Source: Candidatus Pacearchaeota archaeon
GTDB lineage: Archaea; Nanobdellota; Nanobdellia; Pacearchaeales; GW2011-AR1
Reading direction: 5' to 3'
DNA: 64,000 nucleotides
Assembly: GCA_018303825.1 (NCBI GenBank)
Contig: JAGVXK010000018.1
Coordinates: 5,840-69,839, forward strand
Both the position numbers and the translations under genes were made by a program. The notes beneath the pieces are model-generated. The model did not search any database. It worked only from the letters and a program-made list of their open reading frames with translations, and was not told the DNA's origin. This document shows, one piece after another, positions 28,676-37,420 of the stretch; position 1 is the stretch's first letter, and every line of letters begins with the position of its first letter.

Positions 28676-29485
28676 TTAATTATTAGTTAAACTTTCTGGA
28701 GGGCTTTCAGGAGGTGTTTCCTGTGATGTTTCTTCTGATGCTTCATTATTGAAAAAGCCACTGAAGAAATTTCCAATTGATTCGAAAACATTTCCTATGG
28801 CATCCCCAATTTTTGCTGTAATAACTCCCGAACCTGTTCCAGGATTGTCTCCAAACTCCGCTGATGCATCAGCACATTCAATACTGACTATACATTCATA
28901 ACCTTCTCCAGAATCTCCCATTATAGGTTTTTCATAACAGTGCTCGCAGGTATTGCAGGCGCTTTTTGCCTCCTCAAGTTTTATTTCTGTTAAACAAGGC
29001 CCCGCGTATAAGTATTTGCATGACTTAGCACAGCTTTGGCATATTTCATTTCCTTTTTTTCTGCCCTCTCCTGCTTGGCAGATTAATCCCGGACTTTTGG
29101 AATTAACACAGTCTCTAATGCATTGTTCTTCTTCAGATTTTGCTTTAGGCTCTTTTATCATCCCGCATTCTTTATCGCATATAGCTTGATTTTTTTGCTG
29201 GCAGGGGAAATCAAACTCTCCGCATCCTTTTTGTACGCAAGTTTCAACACAGCTTTCTTCAGATGTCTGCTCAGGTTTGACTACGTTGCACTGCTGCTGG
29301 CATTTATTGCCATTAGCTTCCTTGCATGCCATATCATTGCTATCACATCCAACGCTGACACAAGACATCATACATGCTTGTTCTACTGCACTTGGACCTA
29401 TGCCTGAAATTTCGGAAGAGACTTTTCCAGTTAATCTGTTAAAGGTGCCATTATAGAAAAAAAGAGTTAAAACAATCAAAAACAA
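28676..29485 (-). CDS. Secreted or anchored Cys-rich modular protein
   Basis: Hydrophobic N-terminus. Repeated modules of the type C-x3-C-x4-C...C-x3-C (CMMSCVSVGC..., CVETCVQKGC..., CIRDCVNSKS...). Acidic, Pro-rich tail. Confidence 0.5.
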   Translation of the reverse strand: MFLIVLTLFFYNGTFNRLTGKVSSEISGIGPSAVEQACMMSCVSVGCDSNDMACKEANGNKCQQQCNVVKPEQTSEESCVETCVQKGCGEFDFPCQQKNQAICDKECGMIKEPKAKSEEEQCIRDCVNSKSPGLICQAGEGRKKGNEICQSCAKSCKYLYAGPCLTEIKLEEAKSACNTCEHCYEKPIMGDSGEGYECIVSIECADASAEFGDNPGTGSGVITAKIGDAIGNVFESIGNFFSGFFNNEASEETSQETPPESPPESLTNN

Positions 29486-29615
29486 GATTAACCCTGTTAA
29501 TGATTAACAACCTTTTTTGCATTCTAGTTTAGAGATTTTGGTCTTTAAAGATTTTTTCCTTTGCGATACATGCTGCTATAATGAATTGAACATCACTCTT
29601 AACTTTGAAAGTCAA

Positions 29616-29689
29616 CGCGTCCACGAGGAATTGCACCTCGAACCTTTTCCTCCGCAAGGAAATGCTCTATCTAATTGAGCTATGGACGC
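29616..29689 (-). tRNA. tRNA-Arg (anticodon GCG)
   Basis: Hand-folded cloverleaf: acceptor GCGTCCA/TGGACGC, anticodon loop TTGCGGA. The T-loop reads TGCAATT, which is non-canonical at position 55. Confidence 0.75.
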
Positions 29690-29723
29690 ATATCAGAATT
29701 AAAATTAAAGGGTTAATAAATTA

Positions 29724-30464
29724 TTAGAAGTGACGTTCAAGCTCTTTCTTATATGAATGAAGTTCCTCTTTATTAAACCAGAGGGCAATTTCTTTTTCTG
29801 TTGTTTCTCTATTATCAGAGGCGTGCACAAGGTTTCTTATGACTCTTTTCTTTTTGTCTGCTACAGCATAACTTTCAACAGAGATAAAATCTCCTCTTAT
29901 GGTTCCAGGGATGGCTTGTCTTGGTTCAGTATGGCCTAGAAGCTTTCTGGCTATTTCAATTGCGTGAGGTCCCTCAAGGACAAAGGCAATCACAGGACCT
30001 TCTTTTAAAAATGAGATTAACCAAGATTGGACAGCTTTTCCTAGCTCTTCTGGATTTTTATATTCCATAGGTTTATTGTCTTTATCGTGAACTGCTTTTG
30101 TTTTTGCAAATATATTTTTTGCCCATTCCATCTCAAATTCATTGCTTTTGACAAACTTCTCCTTTCCAGTTCCCTGAAAAGCCCATACATGCACTATCTT
30201 CCCACTCTTCCTTCTCACGCTCCCAATATCAATCAGATTTTCTTTCTTAGTATTCATTTCCATTCCTGTTTCTTCCTTAAATTCTCTTAAAGTTGTTTCC
30301 AACAGCTTTTCATTATCTCCTTTTCCATCTATTTCCACTCCTCCTTTTGGAATCCCATAATGGTCTTTATTCTTCCAATATGGTCCTCCGGGATGAGCTA
30401 AGAAAACCTTTATCTTTCCGCTATCGATGTAATACATTAGCAGTCCAGCTGATACTTCGACCAT
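29724..30464 (-). CDS. Chimeric NUDIX hydrolase / nucleoside-diphosphate-kinase C-terminal region
   Basis: N-terminal half: NUDIX box REFKEETG and SNEFEMEW. C-terminal half: NDK motifs GPVIAFVLEG, GTIRGDF, NLVHASD, EIALWF. Confidence 0.65.
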   Translation of the reverse strand: MVEVSAGLLMYYIDSGKIKVFLAHPGGPYWKNKDHYGIPKGGVEIDGKGDNEKLLETTLREFKEETGMEMNTKKENLIDIGSVRRKSGKIVHVWAFQGTGKEKFVKSNEFEMEWAKNIFAKTKAVHDKDNKPMEYKNPEELGKAVQSWLISFLKEGPVIAFVLEGPHAIEIARKLLGHTEPRQAIPGTIRGDFISVESYAVADKKKRVIRNLVHASDNRETTEKEIALWFNKEELHSYKKELERHF

Positions 30465-30497
30465 CCTAAACTTTAAAGTTACATATTAATAAACTTT

Positions 30498-30887
30498 TCA
30501 TGTGAACATACTAACTGAAAAGTAAGCAATTACACTTGCCAATACACCTATAAGAATACCAATTGCTCCTTTCTTCCAGCCTTTATCTAGATAATATGAA
30601 CAAACTACAAGCCCTATTAGTACTACAGAAGCAAAATAGGTATAAATTAAACTATCATAAAACAAAATGGTAAAAACAACAAGAACAAGTCCCCTTGCTA
30701 AATAACTGTTATATTTCCTGTAAACAAGTCCTAAAATCAGCAAAATTATTCCAGCAATCAAAAGTTGATAAACGAACTCCCAGTAAGGTCCAATCAAAGC
30801 CCTTCCAATAACAAGTGCATAAAAAATCCAGCTTCCAAGGGCAATAAAATCGCGTGCAGTTTCAATCTTCCAGCTTTGGGCAACCAT
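30498..30887 (-). CDS. Small polytopic membrane protein
   Basis: 129 aa with four hydrophobic helices. No family recognised. Confidence 0.4.
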   Translation of the reverse strand: MVAQSWKIETARDFIALGSWIFYALVIGRALIGPYWEFVYQLLIAGIILLILGLVYRKYNSYLARGLVLVVFTILFYDSLIYTYFASVVLIGLVVCSYYLDKGWKKGAIGILIGVLASVIAYFSVSMFT

Positions 30888-30939
30888 TTAAAACACAAAA
30901 ACCACAACTTTATTAACCTTCCTTAAACCTTTATTTATC

Positions 30940-32301
30940 ATGTTAGAAAAGCTGTCAAATGTATTAAAGAAAACAACAGATAAGATAGCTAATGCCATCT
31001 TTTTGGATAAAAACCTTGTTGATAGCATTGTTAAAGACCTTCAGAGAGCATTAATAGAAGCAGATGTAAATGTCTCCCTCGTCCTTGAATTAACTAAAAA
31101 AATCAAGCAGGCAGCCTTGGGTGAAAGAATAAAAGGAATAGAAAAGAAGGAGCACATAATCAAGCTCCTTCATGATGAATTAATCTCAATTCTAGGTCAA
31201 TCAAGAGAGATCAAACTTCAAAAAAAGAATACTTTTCTTTTTGTTGGGCTTTACGGACAAGGAAAAACAACAACAATCTCAAAAATAGCATCTTACTACG
31301 CAAAAAGAGGAAGTAAAGTCTGCGCAATTGGCCTCGATGTCCATAGACCTGCGGCACCAGAGCAACTAAAACAATTATGTGATAAATTAAACATTAAATG
31401 TTTTATAAACAAAGAAGAAAAAAATCCCATAAAAATATGGAATCAATATAGGGATGAATTAAAAGATTATGACCTTGTTCTAATAGACAGCGCAGGAAGA
31501 GACGCATTAAGCAAAGATTTAATCAAAGAAATAAAAGACATCTCGAAATTAACAAAACCAACAGAAACTTTTCTTGTAATGGCTGCTGATGTCGGTCAAG
31601 CTGCGAAAAAACAAGCCCAAGCTTTCAAGGAATCATGCAATATTACAGGAGCCATAATAACAAGAATGGACAGCACTGCAAAAGCAGGTGGTGCTCTCAC
31701 TGCTTGTGCAGAAGTCAGGGCCCCTGTTGTTTTTCTTGGCGTTGGTGAAAAATCTGCTGACCTTGAAACATTTGACCCTGAATCATTTTTATCAAGACTT
31801 CTGGGCATGGGTGATTTAAAAGCACTGATAGAAAAAATTCATTCAGTTGTTGACAAAGACAAAATGGAAAAGACGCAAAAAGCCTTAGAAGAAGGCAAGT
31901 TCACCTTAGATACCTTCTCCGAACAACTAGACTCAATGTCTGAGATGGGTTCATTTGACAAGCTTCTCGGTATGGTCCCTGGTCTTGGAAATGTCAAAGA
32001 CAAAATTCCACAAGAACAATTAGAATTACAACAAGAAAAAGTAAAACACTGGAAAGCCGCAATCAAATCAATAACAAAAGAAGAAAAAGAAAATCCTGAA
32101 TTATTGGAAAAAGAAACTTCAAGAATGGCAAGAATAGCCAAAGGCTCAGGCACCCACACATCAGATATAAGAATGCTTCTAAAACAATATAAAATGCTCA
32201 ATGAACTTATAAAGTCTCAGTCAACAATCGCGGAAAAAGGCCTTGACCAAAAAACAATGATGAAGCTAGCCAGAAAATTCGGCCGGAAGATGAAATTCTA
32301 A
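30940..32301 (+). CDS. srp54: Signal recognition particle protein SRP54
   Basis: GLYGQGKTTT, IDSAGR, ITRMDSTAKAGGAL. Met-rich C-terminal M domain. Confidence 0.95.
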   Translation: MLEKLSNVLKKTTDKIANAIFLDKNLVDSIVKDLQRALIEADVNVSLVLELTKKIKQAALGERIKGIEKKEHIIKLLHDELISILGQSREIKLQKKNTFLFVGLYGQGKTTTISKIASYYAKRGSKVCAIGLDVHRPAAPEQLKQLCDKLNIKCFINKEEKNPIKIWNQYRDELKDYDLVLIDSAGRDALSKDLIKEIKDISKLTKPTETFLVMAADVGQAAKKQAQAFKESCNITGAIITRMDSTAKAGGALTACAEVRAPVVFLGVGEKSADLETFDPESFLSRLLGMGDLKALIEKIHSVVDKDKMEKTQKALEEGKFTLDTFSEQLDSMSEMGSFDKLLGMVPGLGNVKDKIPQEQLELQQEKVKHWKAAIKSITKEEKENPELLEKETSRMARIAKGSGTHTSDIRMLLKQYKMLNELIKSQSTIAEKGLDQKTMMKLARKFGRKMKF

Positions 32302-32308
32302 AATCAAC

Positions 32309-32911
32309 ATGAAACAAATAATAGACAGGGGAGCAGAAGCCATTCTAATAAAACAAGGAAAAAACTTAATCAAAGACAGAATAAAAAAATCCTATAGACT
32401 TCCAATCATTGATGAGAGATTGAGAAAGCAAAGAACAAAGAAAGAATCTCGCCTCTTAATCAAAACTTCAAAGTTAATTCCAGTTCCAAAACTGATAAAG
32501 TCCGATGACAAAGAAAAAATAGAAATGGAATTCATCAATGGTAAAAAACTCTCAGATAATTTGGGTAAATTAAAAAATGCTGATGAAGTATGCAAAAAAA
32601 TAGGGGAAAACATTGCAAAACTCCACGATAATAATATTGTCCACGGAGATTTGACAACATCAAATATGATTTATTCAAATGATAAAGTTTATTTTATTGA
32701 TTTTGGCCTTTCATTTGAATCTTCAAAGATAGAAGACCGTGCAGTAGATTTGCATTTAATAAAACAAGCTTTAGAAGCAAAACATTTTGATCATTACAAT
32801 GAATTTTTCAAAGCAATCCTAGAAGGATACAAACAATCAAAAGACCATAAATTGACTCTGAAAAGATTGGAAGCCGTTGAAAAACGAGGAAGATACAAAC
32901 GAGCTTATTGA
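32309..32911 (+). CDS. bud32: Bud32/PRPK atypical kinase (KEOPS subunit)
   Basis: RGAEAILIK, HGDLTTSNMI, FIDFGLS. 200 aa. Confidence 0.85.
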   Translation: MKQIIDRGAEAILIKQGKNLIKDRIKKSYRLPIIDERLRKQRTKKESRLLIKTSKLIPVPKLIKSDDKEKIEMEFINGKKLSDNLGKLKNADEVCKKIGENIAKLHDNNIVHGDLTTSNMIYSNDKVYFIDFGLSFESSKIEDRAVDLHLIKQALEAKHFDHYNEFFKAILEGYKQSKDHKLTLKRLEAVEKRGRYKRAY

Positions 32912-33796
32912 ACAATAGTATAGCTGGTCAATCAGTAGATTTATATATTTCTTCATCTTCATTTAATCGTGAGATTAGTATCCAAAAAAAAAAGAAACAA
33001 AGAGAATTAATCGACAAAGAAAAAAATACTTTAAACCTTAGCTTTCCAAAGCTAGCGAAAAGATTAAACATAAAACCAGGTAAGTTGACAGGATTTTACT
33101 ATGATAATGTTCTCATGCCAGAAGACCTATTTCAAAAATTTATCCTAAAATAAAAATATAAAAAATTCATCATCGATAAAAAAGATGAAAATTGGGGAAG
33201 ATCAAAAGGGGGCAAAAATTCTCAAGGAAGGTATATTAAAAAAATAGAATTACCACCAGAATCGGTGAAGTTGGCAGAATTTTTTGGAATTATGCTCGGA
33301 GATGGAAACCTAACTAAAATAAAAAAGTACAAAATAGCTAACTATCAAATAAGAGTTGTTGGAGACTCTCGATATGACAAAGAATATCTAATAAACTACG
33401 TTCAACCCCTGATAAAACAACTATTTGGAGGAGTTAAAGTCAACATCAAAAAACAAAATTTTAAGAATGGTCTAAATGTTACAGCATATGGATTAAGATT
33501 AGTCGAATTTTTAGAAAGTAAGGGATTTAAACCTGGAGATAAAATAAGAAATCAAACAACAATTCCAAGTTGGGTAAAAACAAATCCAAAATTTCTTAGA
33601 GCTTGTTTATGCGGATTATATGATACTGACGGTTCTGTTTACAAATTGACTAATCAAAATTCTTTTCAATTTAGCTTCAGAAACTACAATTTCACCCTTA
33701 TCAATGATGTACGAAATAGCCTTCTTTCCATGAATATCAATTGCTCAAAAATCTCGAAAGGCAATGAGATAACTATAACCAAAAAGTCTGAATTAC
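32908..33796 (+). pseudogene. LAGLIDADG endonuclease gene disrupted by an in-frame TAA (33151-33153) and an IS insertion; 3' remainder at 34919..34995
   Basis: Two LAGLIDADG motifs: FFGIMLGDGNL and LCGLYDTDGSV. ORFs 32908..33153 and 33265..33807 share a frame with only one stop between them. Removing the IS and one TSD copy restores ...KKSELRKFLNEVGFHNSKHLNKIKMWNLAL*, 322 codons in total. Confidence 0.75.
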
Positions 33797-33841
33797 GGTT
33801 CTGTTAAATTAAAAGGTGATATTTTGTCTAAACAAAATATC

Positions 33842-34672
33842 TTACCTTGACTGAATTATCATAGGAATCTGCTCCCATTCTATCTTGACTTCTTCTTTCT
33901 CTCCGTGTGGCATGAGATAATTGTAGTGCATCGCAAAGAAATCAATCCAAATATTTGCTGTCTTAAAACTTTTTAACCCTCGACAAACGTGAAGCCAGAG
34001 AGCAAAAAATCCGTTTATTCTTTCTATTTTGTTGTTGCTCAACAACAAAATTCTTTTATCTATTACAACTCCCTTCTTTTCAAAATGTGCAACAACATGT
34101 TTAACATTTCTTCTAAAAATCTTTGTTGCAGATTTATATCCCTGTAAACCATCTGTAACAATAACTCTTGGATTAAATCCGGTTCTTTCTCTTGCTTTTC
34201 TCAAAACTATCTTCGCACTTTCAGCATCTCTTCCATTGCTGACGTGAACAGCAATGATGTTACTGTCCGAATCAGAAACAACCCATAAATAAGCAAAGTC
34301 ATCTTTGCTTTTTCTAACTCTGATAAATTTTTCATCAACATGCCAAATATCTGTGAAATTAATCAGTTTTTTCTTTTCAATCTCGGAAAGCTTTGGATAA
34401 AATTTCATTATCCAATTGTAAACTGAAACGTGAGTCGTTTTGTAAAATTTTAGTTTTTTAATTACTCTCTTTACATCTCGTAAAGAGAGAGTATATGAAC
34501 GCAAATATAGTGCATTCATAATAATATTTTTTGGGGTTCTCATTCTTGCGAATATTCCTTTTTCGCAAAATCTTCTTTTACAATCTTTACATTTATAACG
34601 CTGAATACTCTTATTATCATGTCCATTCTGGACAAAATTGGAAGAGGAGCAGTAGGTGCAACAATCTATCAT
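33842..34672 (-). CDS. IS6-family DDE transposase with N-terminal zinc ribbon
   Basis: CTYCSS...YKCKDCKRRF, WHVDEKFIRV, VTDGLQGYKSA, NNKIERINGF. Confidence 0.8.
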   Translation of the reverse strand: MIDCCTYCSSSNFVQNGHDNKSIQRYKCKDCKRRFCEKGIFARMRTPKNIIMNALYLRSYTLSLRDVKRVIKKLKFYKTTHVSVYNWIMKFYPKLSEIEKKKLINFTDIWHVDEKFIRVRKSKDDFAYLWVVSDSDSNIIAVHVSNGRDAESAKIVLRKARERTGFNPRVIVTDGLQGYKSATKIFRRNVKHVVAHFEKKGVVIDKRILLLSNNKIERINGFFALWLHVCRGLKSFKTANIWIDFFAMHYNYLMPHGEKEEVKIEWEQIPMIIQSR

Positions 34673-34681
34673 CCTCTTCTA

Positions 34682-34840
34682 ATTTTATTCTACTATCACA
34701 AGGTAAACATCTTTTCCAAGATGTTCTTTAGGGCAATCCACTTTGGCACTCGTGCCAAATGGAGTAACTTTCCTCTTTAGAAAACCCCGGATATTCTTTA
34801 CGTTCAGTTCTGTTTTTGGATTTAATTTAATTATCTTCAT
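34682..34840 (-). CDS. Small transposase-associated protein, DUF2080-like (52 aa)
   Basis: Own translation: MKIIKLNPKTELNVKNIRGFLKRKVTPFGTSAKVDCPKEHLGKDVYLVIVE. The FG(T/N)SAKV..PKE..GK.V pattern recalls DUF2080. Confidence 0.5.
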
Positions 34841-34985
34841 ATATCTTATAGATATCTCATATATTTAAGCTTTTCTGTGCTTATTCATCACCCGTTAACT
34901 TTACAGAACCTGAATTACGAAAGTTTTTAAATGAAGTAGGTTTTCACAACTCTAAGCACCTTAACAAAATAAAGATGTGGAATTT

Positions 34986-35058
34986 AGCCCTGTAGTCTAG
35001 CGGTCTAGGATTCGACCCTTTGGCGGTCGAGACCCCGGTTCGAATCCGGGCGGGGCTA
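34986..35058 (+). tRNA. tRNA-Gln (anticodon TTG)
   Basis: Acceptor AGCCCTG/CGGGGCT, anticodon stem CGACC/GGTCG with loop CTTTGGC, T-arm CCCGG-TTCGAAT-CCGGG. Confidence 0.85.
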
Positions 35059-35066
35059 TTCATAAA

Positions 35067-35485
35067 ATGAAAATAAGAAGAGGAAAAATCGCGGATTTAA
35101 ATGAATGCATCAAGATAGGAAAAGTTCCAGAACTTCATTATTTATATAAAAGTTCAGATAAAATGGCCAAGAGATATTTAAAAGAATATATTGTTAAGGG
35201 GGATCTGGTTTTAGCAGAAGAAAATGGTAAAATCGCAGGGTTTATCAGTGGAGAACCAATGAGAGATAATCATTACTGGATTGATGCACTTGTTGTAAAA
35301 AAAGAAATGTGAAGAAAAGGTATAGAAAAAAACTTATTAATAAATTTAAAAAAATAGTGAAAAAGAAGGGTGCTAAGAAAATATATCTCATGGCTGCTTT
35401 ATTTAATAAAAAAACCATAAAATTCTATGAATCTATTAGAATGATTAAAGGAAAAGAATTTATTGAGTTTTCAAAATATATTTAA
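35067..35485 (+). pseudogene. GNAT acetyltransferase with an in-frame TGA (35310) and a frameshift in an A-run (about 35348-35354)
   Basis: Frame 0: ...WIDALVVKKEM*RKGIEKNLLINLKK. Shifted frame: IVKKKGAKKIYLMAALFNKKTIKFYESIRMIKGKEFIEFSKYI*. Joined, these give a typical GNAT motif A and C-terminus. Confidence 0.7.
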
Positions 35486-35635
35486 TTATATCTGTATACC
35501 TGAATCCTTAACATTCTTGCTATGCTGGTCCATTTCTCCCCTCATCAAGCAATCCCAGCACGGCCTAATAGTTCCATCTGCTTGTTTTATTCTCTTCGTC
35601 CCATGACATTTAGGGCATTTCTCTCCAAATTCCAT
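35486..35635 (-). CDS. Small C4 zinc-ribbon protein (49 aa)
   Basis: Own translation: MEFGEKCPKCHGTKRIKQADGTIRPCWDCLMRGEMDQHSKNVKDSGIQI. Confidence 0.45.
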   Translation of the reverse strand: MEFGEKCPKCHGTKRIKQADGTIRPCWDCLMRGEMDQHSKNVKDSGIQI

Positions 35636-35709
35636 GCATACTTAATTAATTTGCAATATTAAAGCTTTATTATACTAAATAACAACAGGCAAAGAATAAG
35701 ATGTATAAG

Positions 35710-36255
35710 TTAAATAATTTCAAAAACTCTTATCTCGCACAAAGCCAGGGGATAAACCTTTTTTAACTTAAGAGAAAGTTCTTTCTGCACCTTATTGGAC
35801 ATTATATCTCCAAAGATTTCTTTTGTGGTTCTTGCTTTTGCATATCCGTCTAAGAATTTTTTTGCTTCAACTCTTATAGAATTTCTTATAGCTCTTGAAA
35901 CTTTATTTCTGGTTATCATGAATGGTTTTATTCTTGCCTTCCCATCTCTTGATTCTGTTTCAAAAGAGTCCTCAATATAATCTGTTCCTGTTCTAATCAT
36001 TCTTCTTATATAAGAACCTGTAAGAGATAATGAAATAGGTTCTCCGACGAGAGCATTATTCTCAACTTTAACCCTTAATTTTAATTCTAAGCTCTTTCCC
36101 CTTAAATTCCTGGTCAAATCAAGTTTGATTATCTTTCCATTCAACTCTTCTATTGTTGTTCCATAAAGCTGCATCTTTGCATTTGTGAGACCTGATTTCA
36201 CATCAAAAAACTGTTTCTTTACATTTTTCTTTGCTTTTACTTGTTCAGTTGCCAT
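35710..36255 (-). CDS. rps3ae: Ribosomal protein S3Ae (eS1)
   Basis: Length and sequence pattern: ...LTGSYIRRMIRTGTDYIEDSFETESRDGKARIKPFMIT...KKVYPLALCEIRVFEI. Confidence 0.85.
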   Translation of the reverse strand: MATEQVKAKKNVKKQFFDVKSGLTNAKMQLYGTTIEELNGKIIKLDLTRNLRGKSLELKLRVKVENNALVGEPISLSLTGSYIRRMIRTGTDYIEDSFETESRDGKARIKPFMITRNKVSRAIRNSIRVEAKKFLDGYAKARTTKEIFGDIMSNKVQKELSLKLKKVYPLALCEIRVFEII

Positions 36256-36256
36256 T

Positions 36257-36583
36257 TTACTTTGATATTTTCTCCCCTATTTCAATTCTTGATGATCTTA
36301 TTGCGCTTCTAAGCCCTTTCATTTTTCCACACACCTTGCATTTATATAATAAACTAATTCTCTTTGTAATTTTCGCCTTCATTTTCCAGTCTTTTGTTCC
36401 TTTCTTGCTTCTCTTCCCCCAATTTCCAATTCCCTGTAAGCTCCTTAATTTGATTCTCGTTGGTGAACCTCTTGATAATGGATGAGAAGAAGATCTGGAT
36501 TTCTGCTTAGCAGTAGCTATCGTTTGTATAGTATGTTTTCTACAATAAGGACAATATCTTTTGGTTTCTTTCGGTAACTTCAT
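36257..36583 (-). CDS. rpl44e: Ribosomal protein L44e (eL42)
   Basis: MKLPKETKRYCPYCRKHT...YKCKVCGK zinc ribbon. Basic composition. Confidence 0.85.
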   Translation of the reverse strand: MKLPKETKRYCPYCRKHTIQTIATAKQKSRSSSHPLSRGSPTRIKLRSLQGIGNWGKRSKKGTKDWKMKAKITKRISLLYKCKVCGKMKGLRSAIRSSRIEIGEKISK

Positions 36584-36980
36584 AGCGATTGTTCTCCAGA
36601 GCTATGAAGCCCAAAAATTCTTAATTTTTGTTGTTTCATGTTAATTGGCCAAATTAGCTAACCTTCCCTTGGCCAGAAAAGGGTGTGCTATTGCTTTATC
36701 AAAACTTAAAGTAATTCAAGAGACAAAAGATAGTTTAAAAAGCTTACTATAACGCTAGTATCTCCGATAGACCTGAAATTATGATAAACGAGAGATAAAT
36801 AGAAGTTAAAAGGTTCTTGTTAAGATAATAATGATAATAAAAATCGCCAGAATATATGAATTTTTTGTCAAATATGTCTTTCCATTAATTAGTGACTAAA
36901 ACTCATCAGAGATACTGAACGCAAAAAAATTGCAAGCCGCAAACCGCAAGCTTTTTAATGTCCCTTTTCAAGATACGTCT

Positions 36981-37337
36981 ATGAATGAGACGGAAAAACT
37001 AGAAAAACCAGGCTGGCTGAAAACAAAACCTGTAGAATTAGAAAAAACAATAATCGAATTCGCTAAACAAGGGAAAACCTATTCTAAGATAGGAATTATT
37101 TTAAGAGACCAACATGGAATTCCAAAATCGAAATTACTCGGAAAGAGGATATCTGAAATAGTTAAAGAAAATAAAATAACAATAAAGGCAGAAGAAGAAA
37201 GAGTAAAAAATAAAATTTCAGGACTGAATTCTCATATAGAAAAGCATAAGCATGATAAAAAGGCAAAAAAATCTTTGATGAAAAATTCTTGGATAATGCA
37301 CAAGGAAGAAGTAGCCAAAGCCATAATGCAAAATTAA
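36981..37337 (+). CDS. rps15: Ribosomal protein S15 (uS15, S13e type)
   Basis: Core GKTYSKIGIILRDQHGIPKSK (LRDxxGIP) and HIEKHKHDKKAKKSL. ATG at 36981 preferred over the TTG at 36930. The usual basic N-terminus is missing. Confidence 0.7.
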   Translation: MNETEKLEKPGWLKTKPVELEKTIIEFAKQGKTYSKIGIILRDQHGIPKSKLLGKRISEIVKENKITIKAEEERVKNKISGLNSHIEKHKHDKKAKKSLMKNSWIMHKEEVAKAIMQN

Positions 37338-37420
37338 ACAGCGAATTTTGTAACTCTACAGAGTAACTAAATCTTTTTAAGCTAACTAAATTTTACTTCA
37401 AAGTAAAAAAGAAGGTGAAA

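Larger units (their letters stand above)
33797..34910 (-). mobile_element. IS6-family insertion sequence (1114 bp) with 8-bp target-site duplication TGAATTAC
   Basis: IRL GGTTCTGTTAAATTAAAAGG (33797-) versus IRR reverse complement GGTTCTGTAAAGTTAACGGG (-34910), 16 of 20 identical. Direct repeats TGAATTAC at 33789-33796 and 34911-34918. Confidence 0.85.

Noticed and set aside
33151-35312. In-frame TAA (33151) and TGA (35310) as possible stop-codon recoding or selenocysteine
   Set aside because: TAA, TGA and TAG all terminate well-conserved housekeeping genes in this window. Both affected genes carry additional lesions (IS insertion, poly-A frameshift), so pseudogenisation is the simpler reading.
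36584-36980. Long divergent intergenic region examined for a C/D-box or other small RNA
   Set aside because: A TGATGA box occurs on the minus strand near 36903-36908, but no appropriately spaced CTGA D-box or terminal stem was found. Not enough to call an RNA gene.
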